From NCBI RefSeq assembly GCF_001194135.2, contig NC_068992.1:59482408-59546407 (forward strand): DNA of 64,000 bases, given 5' to 3'. Source of the stretch: Octopus bimaculoides (taxonomy: Eukaryota). The stretch's first letter is position 1. Each line of letters begins with the position of its first letter. This document shows, one piece after another, positions 34,401 to 47,300 of the stretch. A model generated the notes under the pieces. The model worked only from the letters and a program-made list of their open reading frames with translations. It ran no database searches and was not told the origin of the DNA. Made by a program: the position numbers and the translations under genes.

Positions 34401-37400
34401 CACACACATATATGTGTGTGTAAATATATATATATATACTGTAGATCAGATAAACAAGCACAGGTGTGGCTGTGTGGGAAGAAGCTTACTTCCCAACCAC
34501 ATGGTTCCAGGTTCAGTCCCACTGTGGGATACCTTGGGCAAGCATCTTCTACTATTATCTTGGGCTGACCAAAGCCTTGTGAGTGGATTTGGTAGATGGA
34601 AACTGCAAGAAGCCCGTCGTGTATGTATATATATGTATATGTATGTGTTTGTGTGTCTGTTTGTCCCCCCAACATCGCTTGACAACCAATGCTAGTGTGT
34701 TTACATCCCCCGTAACTTAGCGATTCGGTAAAAGAGACCGATAGAATAAGTACTAGGCTTACAAAGAATAAGTCCTGGGATTAATTTGCTCGACTAAAGG
34801 CGGTGCTCCAGCATGGCCACAGTCAAATGGCTAAAACAAATAAAAGAGTATATAAATAAAGGTTTCTTTTAGTTTCCATCTACCCAATTCACACAAAGGC
34901 TTTGTTGTCCTGGGGCTATAGTAGAAAACATTTACCCAATGTTCCAATTTGTGGGACTGAACTTGAAGCCATACTCTAATCATTGATTGGAAAATATGAC
35001 TCTCCGTGGTTGCTTGATATCCTAGAAATAACAGCCGTACATCCCGAGTATCATATACTTGTATCTCAGTTTTTAAAAAATATTTTTTGGTAAGTGTTAC
35101 TAAATTATTTCCCTATATTTTCAGAACAGAAGCAAAGGGAATCGGTATTAATGCTAATCTCTGTGATTGTTGAGAGTTTAGGACCAGAATTTTTGCTGCC
35201 TCCAAATCTCCCTGATGCAAAACCATTTCTTTTAGCCATAAACCTGAATTCAGTGGAAGTTGGAATGATCATTCCATTTTCTCCTTTGGGACAGGTAAAT
35301 ATAATTAACATTTTGACTGTTTCTTTTCGATATAGAATGATGGGACACAGGGGCCAGTGAAGGATGAGAGTGACAGGGTGAGAGGAGTGAGGGAAATGGA
35401 AGGAAAGTAAGAGTGAAAACTGAGGAAGATGATAGAAAATGTGATGAGGACAAGGGAGCTGATAATAAAAGGGGATGGAGAGAATAGAGTAGAATGGAGA
35501 AGATGGGAAATAAGAGCCAGTGCTGAATGTTGTGAAGAGAAATGGGATGAAATGGTTGTGTCAATAAAATTGTGCATAAAGTATATAAAATGCATTAAGT
35601 AACCATATTCCAATTTCCTTCACTTTTCAATGATTAGCAGAGGAGCGACCATCTTTTGATACAGACTCAATACAGGCCAAGCTTTCAGGTTTTATGGATC
35701 AAGTTTTCAGAAATAACCCAATAGGTTTACTATTCATGGGTCCTGCTACTTTACCATTGTGCTACTTCATTCACTTTCTTGTAACTCTGGGTATCCTCTG
35801 ACACATCCTCACCATCACTTTCTTTCTTTTCCATCTGGGGTAACTGTATATCTCTCTGCAACAAGACACCTATTCCTATCCCTCTAACCTACTTTAGCTC
35901 CTCGTTGCCTAGCATAAAGCCACCTCCCTCAATACTACACCTGTTTCAGTCAAGGAGTTCTTGTTTGGCAAGTTACTTGATATCTTCAGTAGTGCCGGTG
36001 CCACGTAAAAAGCAGCCAGTACACTCTGCAAAGTGATTGACATTAGAAAGGGGACCCAGCCACAAACCATGCCAAAGCGGATGTTAGAGCTTGATATAAT
36101 AACCCTATAGTATTCAAATGATTTTGTCAAATGTAATGATTATTTATTACCTCCGCCGAGGAAGGAGGTTATGTTTTCATCGGCGTTGGTTTGTCCGTCT
36201 TTCTGCAAAATAACTCAAAAAGTTGTGAACGCTATTTGATGAAACTTGCAGGAAAAGTTGGTAACAATACAAAGAACAGATGATGAAATATGGTAGTGAT
36301 CCGGGAATTTTTATGGATTCTTGAAGGATTTTTCATTTGTTATATTTACTTTACATAAATTATTGTTATGTTCTTTGATTATCTCCCTTGAAAACACATT
36401 CATCGTTTCCACATAACCTATGGTGGTGTTGCTGTTTCCAAAGTTTATTTTCGTTTCTCTATTAGTAATTTTATTTGCGTTGTGTGTGTATCAGTCAAGT
36501 TTTAGGTAATTGTTGTTTCTTTTTAGTTGTATGGTGAAACNNNNNNNNNNNNNNNNNNNNNNNNNNNNNNNNNNNNNNNNNNNNNNNNNNNNNNNNNNNN
36601 NNNNNNNNNNNNNNNNNNNNNNNNNNNNNNNNNNNNNNNNNNNNNNNNNNNNNNNNNNNNNNNNNNNNNNNNNNNNNNNNNNNNNNNNNNNNNNNNNNNN
36701 NNNNNNNNNNNNNNNNNNNNNNNNNNNNNNNNNNNNNNNNNNNNNNNNNNNNNNNNNNNNNNNNNNNNNNNNNNNNNNNNNNNNNNNNNNNNNNNNNNNN
36801 NNNNNNNNNNNNNNNNNNNNNNNNNNNNNNNNNNNNNNNNNNNNNNNNNNNNNNNNNNNNNNNNNNNNNNNNNNNNNNNNNNNNNNNNNNNNNNNNNNNN
36901 NNNNNNNNNNNNNNNNNNNNNNNNNNNNNNNNNNNNNNNNNNNNNNNNNNNNNNNNNNNNNNNNNNNNNNNNNNNNNNNNNNNNNNNNNNNNNNNNNNNN
37001 NNNNNNNNNNNNNNNNNNNNNNNNNNNNNNNNNNNNNNNNNNNNNNNNNNNNNNNNNNNNNNNNNNNNNNNNNNNNNNNNNNNNNNNNNNNNNNNNNNNN
37101 NNNNNNNNNNNNNNNNNNNNNNNNNNNNNNNNNNNNNNNNNNNNNNNNNNNNNNNNNNNNNNNNNNNNNNNNNNNNNNNNNNNNNNNNNNNNNNNNNNGG
37201 AACAGCCTGCTCGTGAAATTAATGTGCAAGTGGCTGAGCACTCCACAGACACGTGTACCCTTAACGTAGTTCTCGGGGAGATTCAGCGTGACACAGTGTG
37301 ACAAGGCTGACCCCTTGAATTACAGGCACAACAGAAACAGGAAGTAAGAGTGAGAGAAAGTTGTGGTGAAGGAGTACAGCAGGGTTCACCACCATCCCCT

Positions 37401-38239
37401 GCCGGAGCCTTGTGGAGCTTTTAGGTGTTTTCGCTCAATAAACACTCACAACGCCCGGTCTGGGAATCGAAACCGAGATCCTATGACCGTGAGTCCGCTG
37501 CCCTAACCACTGGGCCATCGCGCCTCCACTATTACTATTAGGGAAAAGAAAAAATGAAATCTGGAAAGAAGTGAGTGTCCTGTCATGATTATAATTATCG
37601 TCACCACCACCACTATCATCATCACCACCACCATCTTCACCACCACTACCACCACCACCACCACCACCACCACCATCTCCATCACCACCATTACCATCTT
37701 CAGCGTCATCTTTGCATCTACTGTTTCCATGCTGGCATGAGTTGACCAGTATGTTGGTCAACTCGTTGCATGATAGTTGTAAGCAAGTGTCACCATCATG
37801 CAAGCAGTGTCCTTCGTTTCCAAACTTCCATGAAAAATCATGTTTAGCCATGCAGAAATATTACTCTGCTTGGAAACAAGTAAGGTTGGTGACAGGAAAG
37901 GCATCCTGCCATAGAAAATCTGCCTCAATAAACTCAACCTATGCAAGCATGGAAAAGATGTTAAACTGATGATGATGATATTTTGAAGTATGTTTAATGA
38001 TGTTTCTTAATTACTATTCTAGGTTCGTGAGAAATCAAACCAGTTGTCAGCTTATTTCAGCCTTATTGAGAACACAATCAAATTTTTGGTGAGCGGTGAA
38101 GAAGGACCACCATTTGACCCAAGCCAAATAATTCAACTCTATTCCATCCTCACAGAGACACTGAAGTGTGTGATCCTTTTCCTGCAAGAGATAACTAAAT
38201 CTTTACAGTCATTCCAGGTGTGTATATAAATGATCATAT

Positions 38240-38298
<59 letters not shown>

Positions 38299-38309
38299 TA
38301 TCATATACA

Positions 38310-38347
<38 letters not shown>

Positions 38348-41300
38348 AGTGAAATCGAAATCAAACCAAATTCGATGACAGGCACCTGTGCCAGTGGAGC
38401 GCTAACAGCACCATCTGAGCATGATCATTGCCAGAGCAGGTGCCTGGCTTCTGTGCCGGTGGCACGTAAAAAGCACCATTTGAGCGTGATCGTTACCAGT
38501 GTCGCCTTACTGGCACTTGTGCTGGTGGCACGTGAAAAAACATTCAAGCGAGGTCGTTGCCAGTGCCGCTGGACTGGCTCCTGTGTAGGTGACACGTAAA
38601 GTACACCATTTGAGTGTGGCCGTTGCCAGTACCGCCTCACTGGCCCTCATGCTGGTGGCATGTAAAAGCACCTACTACACTTTCATAGTGGTTGGCGTTA
38701 GGAAGGGCATCCAGCTGTATAAACTCTGCCAGATCAGATTGGAGCCTGGTGCAGCCATCCGGTTTCACCAGTCCTTAGTCAAAGATTGGGAATAAATAAA
38801 TTAGAATCCTGTCAACTCAGCTGTCTTCGAAATTTTCTCACGTAGTTATTTATAATAAATTTACTGTTTGTGACACAGCATGATGTACGAAAACCATTAT
38901 CTCCCTTGGATTATATTTCTCTGTCTTCTGTTGTGGACGTTCAAATTTCCATTGTTCAGGAAACTGAGATTGAGCTTGATTTATATAGCAAACAGTGTAT
39001 GCTGCTTATTAAGGCTAAACTACATGTCATCATCATTCTCATCGTTTTAAGATTCAAAATTCAAATCCCACTTGAAAGGAATAAGATTTCAAGACAGAAG
39101 AAATACCAGAGAATGCAATGATGCAGCTGGTTGCTGTCCCAAATAGGTGAATTCCAGGAATGCTTCCATCAATGGCTGGATAAAGAATATGGGTGCAGAA
39201 TGGGATTACTTCAAAGGAGAGTAAATGCTGAATTGATATGTGTTGTAATTTTCTTGTTATTGTACCAATTCCTATACTTTTTGATCAGACTTTGTATATA
39301 TGTATATATATATATATATATATTTGACATTGCAGGCTACTGACCCTCTGCTGCAAGCTTGCATCCGATTGGTTGGTGTGTGGATGAAAGAAGATAGTGA
39401 AGCTCTCTGTGATGAAATCCATGATCTGGTGCCAATGTTACTGACATTTAGGTAAAAATCTATTTTATCGTTGCTCTCATTTCTTACCATTGTCATCATG
39501 AATGATTGCATCTTTGTCTGCTGTTTCCTTGGTGCCCTCATCGAATATCACTAATATTTGTATATCATTTTGTTGAACCAACAATAGAGTTTCTTTGTTG
39601 TAATTTGACCTACTGGAAACAGCAGCCTAATCTCCCTTGAATCATATCCTACTGTTTTAAATAAGGGAACTGGTGTTGCCATCCGGTTTCACCAGTCCTC
39701 AGTCAAATCGTCCAACCCATGCTAGCATGGAAAGCGGACGTTAAACGACGATGATGATGATGATGATGATGAAAAGCATTTGAGATGCAGTTATAGCTGT
39801 GTGGTTAAAACGTTTGTTTCTCAGCTGCTTGGTTTTGAGTTCAGTTCCACTGCATGGCACCTTGTGCAAACATCATCTTTAGTCCTGTGTAGACTCTGAG
39901 TGGTTTTGGTTGATGTTAACCGAAAAAAAAGCGTGTGTGTTGTGTAGTGATAAGTGTCAACACATGAAACTCTCAGACCATGAGTCACTCTTTGCTTCTA
40001 CTAAATATTAATAAATATATACATATAGGCACAGGAGTGGCTGTGTGGTAAGTAGCTTGCTTACCAACCACATGGTTCAATATATATATATATCATCATC
40101 ATCGTTTAACGTCCGCTTTCCATGCTAGCATGGGTTGGACGATTTGACTGAAGACTGGTGATCCAGATGGCTACACCAGGCTCCAATCTGATTTGGCAGA
40201 GTTTCTAAAATATATATATATACAGAGACAGATGATACATTAGAAAAATGTAGATCTAGATATACTTCTAAAAAGACTGGGTGGTCAAATTTGGAACATC
40301 TGTAGTGATAGGTGTGCATGGATAGGATTGACCTAGGGATGAATAACAACAAAATGAGGCAATGAGAGAATTAGTTTGCTAGAAATTGCAATCAAATGCC
40401 CCTTTAAGAAAAAGATTGGCTGGATACATTAGATAATGCAGTAGTAAATATAGAATGTCTGATAAAAAGGGCTGGAGGGATGGTTATAGTTGGAAAGTCT
40501 GTAATCATAGATCTGCTCAATGAGAACTGACCAGCCTCTAAGAATCATCATTATCTCTTTAAGAAATCGGTTGCTGTGTGGTTAAGAAACTCTCTTTGCA
40601 AGCATGTGGTTTCGAGTTCAGTCCCCCTGAATGGTAGCTTGGCCAAGTGTCTTCTACTACAGCCCTGGGATGACCAATACCTTGTGAGTGAATTTGGTTG
40701 ATGGAAACTGTGTTGAAGCCTATCATGTGTATGCGTTTGTGTTTGTCCTCCTACTGTCACTGTTGGTTTGTTTATGTCTCTAACTTAGCAGTTCAAGAAA
40801 AAGATATTGATAGAATAAGTACCACAATTTATGACATATATAGAGGTGCTGGGGTTGATTTGTTTGACTAAACTCTTCAAGGTAGTACTCCAGCATGGTC
40901 GCAGTCCAATGACTGAAGCAAGTAAAAGATGAAACATAAAAATGTAAAGAAGTAAAAATCTGAGAAGGTGAAAGGTCATCAGGAAACATCTTATTCCGTT
41001 CTATTTTCAGTAAAAACCTCCTTTGTACGGATGAGGTCGAGAACCCTGTGGTCAGCTGTTCAGGTGTTTTGTCCCCTTTGTTTGAAGGGTTCTGTCAGCT
41101 TGCCTCCGACACCAAGGGCAGGGAACAGCTACTACAACATGAGGCCTACGTCCCAGTCGGTCAATATTTGTTACATGCTCTCAGTCAGTTTCCTGAGACA
41201 GACGCTAACATCCTGGTAAGTTCTTTTTGTCAATGTTATTTTTGAATAATAATATCCCTCCCTCTTTTCCACTCACTGTTCCTGGGAGGGTCATGAGCGA

Positions 41301-44300
41301 GTCCTAAGACACCTCCTCCATGGGGTCCCATCAGAAGCAACTATCATTATACTTTGTGGTTGGATTCCCAAACTTGACCGACTTAGACCATAGATATTAT
41401 CCAATCATCTCATTCTTGGTCTACTCTTCGGTCTCCGGTCAGTTGGCTCAGCTTGAAGAATTCATCATGTAATTCTTACCTGTGACATTCTAATCACATG
41501 TCAATAGTACCGGAGCTGTGACCTTTCAATGTGGAAAAGTAGCAGCTCAACCTAGAGAGACTCACCCTGCTGAATAATATTACTCCAGAGGTCCTTTGAA
41601 GGGACCCCATTTAGGCCACTTGTATTCGTGATTGTAGCTTTTAATTTTGCACAAGGCCAGAAGTTTTGAGGGGAGGGAGCAAGTCCTTAACATCAACACC
41701 AATATTTGGCTAGTACTTTATTTCGTCGACCTCAGAGGTCTGAAAGACAAGATTAACCTCTGGGGCTAATTTCCTTCACTAAAATGACCTCAGAGGTGAA
41801 TGGCAAGATTGACCTTGGCTTAATCTATTTGACTAAAACCCTCCAAGGTGGTACTCCAGCATGGCTGTTGTCCAATGATTGAAATAAATTAAAGAATATA
41901 AATAATCTCTCAGGAGACAGGACACAAACTCTGTGGTCCCATGATGCATGTTCAGTTTTTCTTTAAAATTTCCTGTGTTATGAACTTTTACAGCTTCCTA
42001 CTTCTTTGCAAATGTCATGACTGTCAGGCAAAACTTTCCATGGCTCACAGCATCTGCTTTCGCAGTGGGATCATTGGCCCTTGTTATGGAGGATCATCCA
42101 GATTTGGGATCATCTTTGGTAGATGTTCTTCCAAATTTGAAATGCTTGTATCACAGGTGTTGCGTTCAGCCCCACGTTGTGGTACATTGACCAAGTGTCT
42201 TCTTCAACCAAAACCTTGTGAGTAGATTTGGTAGACAGAAACTGAAAGAAGCCCATTGCATATATGTGTGCATGTACATGCACAAGCGTGTGTGTTACTG
42301 TCTCCTTGCTTAGATTTTGCATAATAGCTGTAGACAAATGTCTGCTTTCCATGCTGGCATGGGTTAGATGGTTTGACTGGAACTGGTAAGCTGGGGAGCT
42401 ACATCAGGTTCAAATCTGATTTAGCAGTTTTTCTACAGCTGGATGCCCTTCCTAATGCCAACCACTCCAAGAGTGTAGTGGGTGCCTTTTATGTGCCATT
42501 ATATGACACTGGGAGCCATGTCCTTCATTTTCAATTTTACCATGTAAGCATGTCTAACCATTGAGAAATATTACTGTACTTGGAAATGTGTGAGGGTTGA
42601 TGGCAGGAAGGGCATCCAGTCATAGAAAATCCACTTAAGCAAATTCCATACAGCACATGTAAGTATGGAAAAGTATGACGAGGAAGACGAAGATGAAGAA
42701 TAAATAGATCCAGATGTTCCTAACAGTTAAGACTTCTAAATATCCCAATATTATTGTTGTTATTTCCAGCTGTGTGTGGAGACCCTCTGTGACCTTTTGC
42801 TTCAACTCACCGAGACAGATACATGTTTTATTGACTCAGACTCTATATATGTTAGTTTATTCAACAGAATCTCAGAAGTTCTTCACCAAATTGGTAAGTA
42901 TTCAGCAAATTTCTTGTCATTCTTGTTATAGTTTTGAGAGAAAATGAAATATTAATCACCATCTTTGATGGTATGTAAGGTGCCCTTTTTTACCCTTAAA
43001 AATTTCACGCAAAATCACCTCAAGTCTTATATGCAAAGTTAAGCTTCCCATGGGTTTTAACCTATTAGCATTTAAACTGGTTATATCCAGCCCCATATAT
43101 TCCACTTCTTTTATGTTCAAACTGGCCTGATTTGATCTCTCACACCTACCCTACAATGCCATTCTAAAATATACAATCACATCATTGTAATCTTAAGATC
43201 ATCATCATCATCATCATCGTTTTGGACGATTTGACTGAGGACTGGTGAAACCAGATGGCTACACCAGGCTCCAATCTGATTTGGCAGGGTTTCTACAGCT
43301 GGATGCCCTTCCTAACGCCAACCACTCAGAGAGTGTAGTGGGTGCTTTTACGTGTCACCCGCACGAAGGCCAGTCAGGCGGTACTGGCAACGGCCATGCT
43401 CAAAATGGTGCATTTCATGTGCCACCCGCACGAAAAAAAAAAAAAAAAGTGTGTTTGTGTTTATCTATTTTAATTGTTATTCCTTCATGTTTCAGTTTTC
43501 AAAAGTGAATGTCTCAATGTAGTTGCTGTGATGTCCCTTCTTGGCCTAACACTATTCAATTCACATCATATAACAAGAGGTAAGCCATCTACTTATCTAA
43601 ATGCTCTAAATGCTCCAGTCATTTTAACTATTGTCCAAGTCCATGTGTAACAAAATAAAAATAAAGAAATTGGTCTTGGTCAGAATTTTTTGACGAAGGA
43701 TGCTAAACTTATCAGGTGAGATGGCACAGGACCGAGATACCTCACACCTTGCTGTACTCAAGAAGACCCGTACTCTGCAGCAGAAGTGTTAAGACTGATC
43801 CCTCTGGTGGTGAAAAGCACTTGTGATGGTGCGACGTAAAAGCGCCCATGCAGTGCCACACAAAAGCACCCGTGTAGTGTCATGTAAAAGTGCCTGTGTG
43901 ACGTCACATAAAGGCACCTGTGTGGTACCATGTAAAAGCACCAGTGCAGTGTCACATAGACGTGCTTGTGGGGTGCCATGTAAAAGCACCCAGCGCATTC
44001 TTTAAAGTGGTTGGCATTAAGAAGGGCATCCAGCCGTAGAAACCCTGCCAAATCAGAGTGGAATCTGGTGCAGCTTGCCAGTTCTAGTCAAAACCGTCCA
44101 ACCCATGCCAGCATGGACAATGAATGTTAAATGATGAAATATTCATTTGTTTGATCAACCGAATGACCCACTCATTGAATTAACATATAAATGGCTGAGT
44201 ATTCCAATGATAGATATTTTCTTCTTGGAAAAATGTTTCTTTTGTTTTGTAGAAGTGGAAGAAGTGAAACAGAAGACGTTATTAAAGTCAACAATAACGT

Positions 44301-47300
44301 TCCTAAGTAGGGCCCACCTTTTAGACTCTCAGCGGAACCGGAAAGAAAAAGTGCTGGTCATCAACGAAGAATACCAGGTTCATTGGGATTCTGTGTCAGG
44401 TTATTGGCTGTCAACTATGAAAGGTAATCATGACTTCCTTTTGAGAATTGTTCTGTGTTTTCTGAGTCCTTGCTGCTGTTTGTTTTGTCTACCCTCAGAC
44501 TGGATGGCCATGTATCTCCTTTACAATAGCACATCTGTTTCTGTCCACATTCTCTCTCTCTCTCTCACTGGGTAACCATGTTCCTCCTTTATAGCAAGAC
44601 ACCTGTTTCTGCCTCTCTGTCTCTCTCGAACTTTTTTTCATCTGACAGATCACCTCCTCCAACCCCCCCCCTCTCCTCTCAAAAGGATCTTTGTCTTGCT
44701 AGTTACTTGGTGACCCTGCCAATGTTGGTACCATGAAAAAGCATCCAGTCCTCACTGTAAAGTGGTTAGTATTTGGAAGGGCATCCAGCTCCCCCAAAAA
44801 AAAAGCCATGCCAAAATGGACACAGAAGTCTGGTGCAGGCTCCTGCCTGGTCAGCTCCTGTCAACCTGTCCAACCCATGCCAGCATTGGAAGATGGACGT
44901 TAAACGATGATGGTGGTGGTAAAATAACTAATTCTTCTGTATGTCTTGATTCAACTCCTTTGCTCTGTTGCTTCAGATAAAATTTCTATCCATCTCTTCC
45001 AGTGCTGACCAAATGTATCCAGAATCACCCACAGCTGACCACTACAGTGTTATTACAAACTGGCTGGATCCCTCGATTGTTAAAACTACTTGTTGATGTC
45101 CAGAGTAAGTATCCTTCATTCATTTCATTTGATGCAATGTGTGTGTGTGTGTGTATGAAAATAATGAGTCCTACAAAAAGTGTTTTGTTTCATCTGGATA
45201 TTTTATTAAAAGCAATGTTTCTCAAAGTTTTCTAATACATATTAAAACATTCAGTCCTAACACAGTTCTTTCTTCAAGTGGTCTAACCATGCTCCTCTGA
45301 GCTGGTAGCCCCACGAGTTACTCTGAGTGAGTCATTGTGGTAGTATTGATATTTCACCACTTCCATGATAACCAACGTTACTTTTTATTTGAGTGTAAGT
45401 TTGAAAGCTGAGTCAACAGAAACGAGTTATGACTGGACGAAATCTCCAGGCTGTTTAAATGTACAAATCTCTGATATCCAAGAGGTTAAAAGTGTCTGCT
45501 GAAGGGTGCCCAGGAGTCACGACCTCAAAGCATCCAGCCCCTTTAGAGTGTAAGATGTTAAGGACTGAAATGCTTGCCTGATGGGGTTTCTTCTCCGAAG
45601 ACCTTCTGCTGTTCAACTCTCTTGAGAGTTTATTACACTATATATGTGTGTGTATGTTTTTGTATATGTATTTTTTTTTTTTTTTGTGCGGGTGGCACAT
45701 GAAATGCACCATTTTGAGCGTGGCCGTTGCCAGTACTGCCTGACTGGCCTTTGTGCGGGTGACACGTAAAAGCACCCACTACACTCTCTGAGTGGTTGGC
45801 ATTAGGAAGGGCATCCAGCTGTAGAAACTCTGCCAAATCAGATTGGAGCCTGGTGTAGCCATCTGGTTTCACCAGTCCTCAGTCAAATCGTCCAACCCAT
45901 GCTAGCATGGAAAGCGGACGTTAAACGACGACGACGACAACATACACATGTTTGTAAATATATATGTATATATATATATAATAATAAGATGAGAGTATAG
46001 AAAGGTAATTAATAAATTATTATTTATTAATTAAAGAATTGACAAACATCCCTTACAGCAGTTTCAATTCAGGCTCTCAGAAAATTAATTAATTAAATCA
46101 AAAATTATATGAAAGTCGAATCTCTTCAGAGGTAGATAAAGGTATACACAGTAGGTGTTCAATTTCCTCATATTGAGTAAACAACTGCAAACCTATATAT
46201 ATATATATATATATATATAAGCATGTAAAAACCACTATCCAAACGTGTCCAATACCAGTGCTGCCTGACTAGCCCCCATGCTGGTGGCATGTAAAAAGCA
46301 CCCACTACAATCTCAGAGTGGTTGGCGTTAGGAAGGGCATCCAGCTGTAGAAACATTGCCAGATCAGATTGGAGCCTGGTGCAGCCTCCTGGTTTGCCAG
46401 TCCCCAGCATGGAAAACAGACATTAAATGATGATGATGGTAAGAAACTGCACTGGAATTAAAAGAAATTATACAAAACTGAGCTAACCCAAACGAAGGAC
46501 TATTGAAAGTATATGCTATTATAAAAAGCAAGGATATATTATTGCTGGGAAGCGCTCCTCCGCTCACTTTTATAAATTTGCTGTGTTGCTTAGAAAGTTT
46601 TGCACACTCCTACTTGACCTTACTTTCTCATTATTAAGAGTCCCTCCTTTCAACAAAATGCAGCACTCCTTTATTTCTTTGTTTCTCTTTCAATGTAATT
46701 TTTTCCTCCTCTGCTTCCTCTTGACTTCATTTTCTTCCTATCCTTCTCATCTTTAGTAATATTGTTGTTGTCTTCAAAAACCCATTTTGTTTTACTTTCT
46801 TTTCTCTAGAGATCAGTGTTCATGTGGATTATAGCAGTGCCTACCTGAACCTACTGTATGCCCTGATCATCACCAAGGAAGCTAGAACTGTGATAATCGA
46901 TAACTGTGGAGCTGAAGTGGCCAAGTAAGTTAAACACTAACACTGTTCTCTTCATCTTCATCATCATCATCATCATCATCGTTTAACGTCCGCTTTCCAT
47001 GCTAGCATGGGTTGGACGATTTGACTGAGGACTGGTGAAACCGGATGGCAACACCAGGCTCCAGTCTGATTTGGCAGAGTTTCTACAGCTGGATGCCCTT
47101 CCTAACGCCAACCACTCAGAGAGTGTAGTGGGTGCTTTTACGTGTCTTGTTGTTATGAAATGATGGATGATAACGAATAGCCAATACTTGATAATATATT
47201 ACCCATTTTTATCATGGGAACAGGCATGGCTGTGTGGTTAAGAAGTTAGCTTCTTGATCATAGGGTACTGGGTTCATCCCTATTGCATGACACCTTGGGC

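Noticed and set aside
35345-35580. Purine-rich strand-biased tract (also 25625-25800)
   Set aside because: Low-complexity sequence with no recognisable ORF, repeat unit or partner.
38355-38690. Regularly spaced repeats of about 60 bp resembling a CRISPR-like array
   Set aside because: Spacers are the same in each genomic copy and the unit is part of a eukaryotic retroposon; no unique spacers or cas genes.
44971-45002. Upstream alternative acceptor for NCDN exon 16
   Set aside because: It adds 26 nt and shifts the frame; no support.
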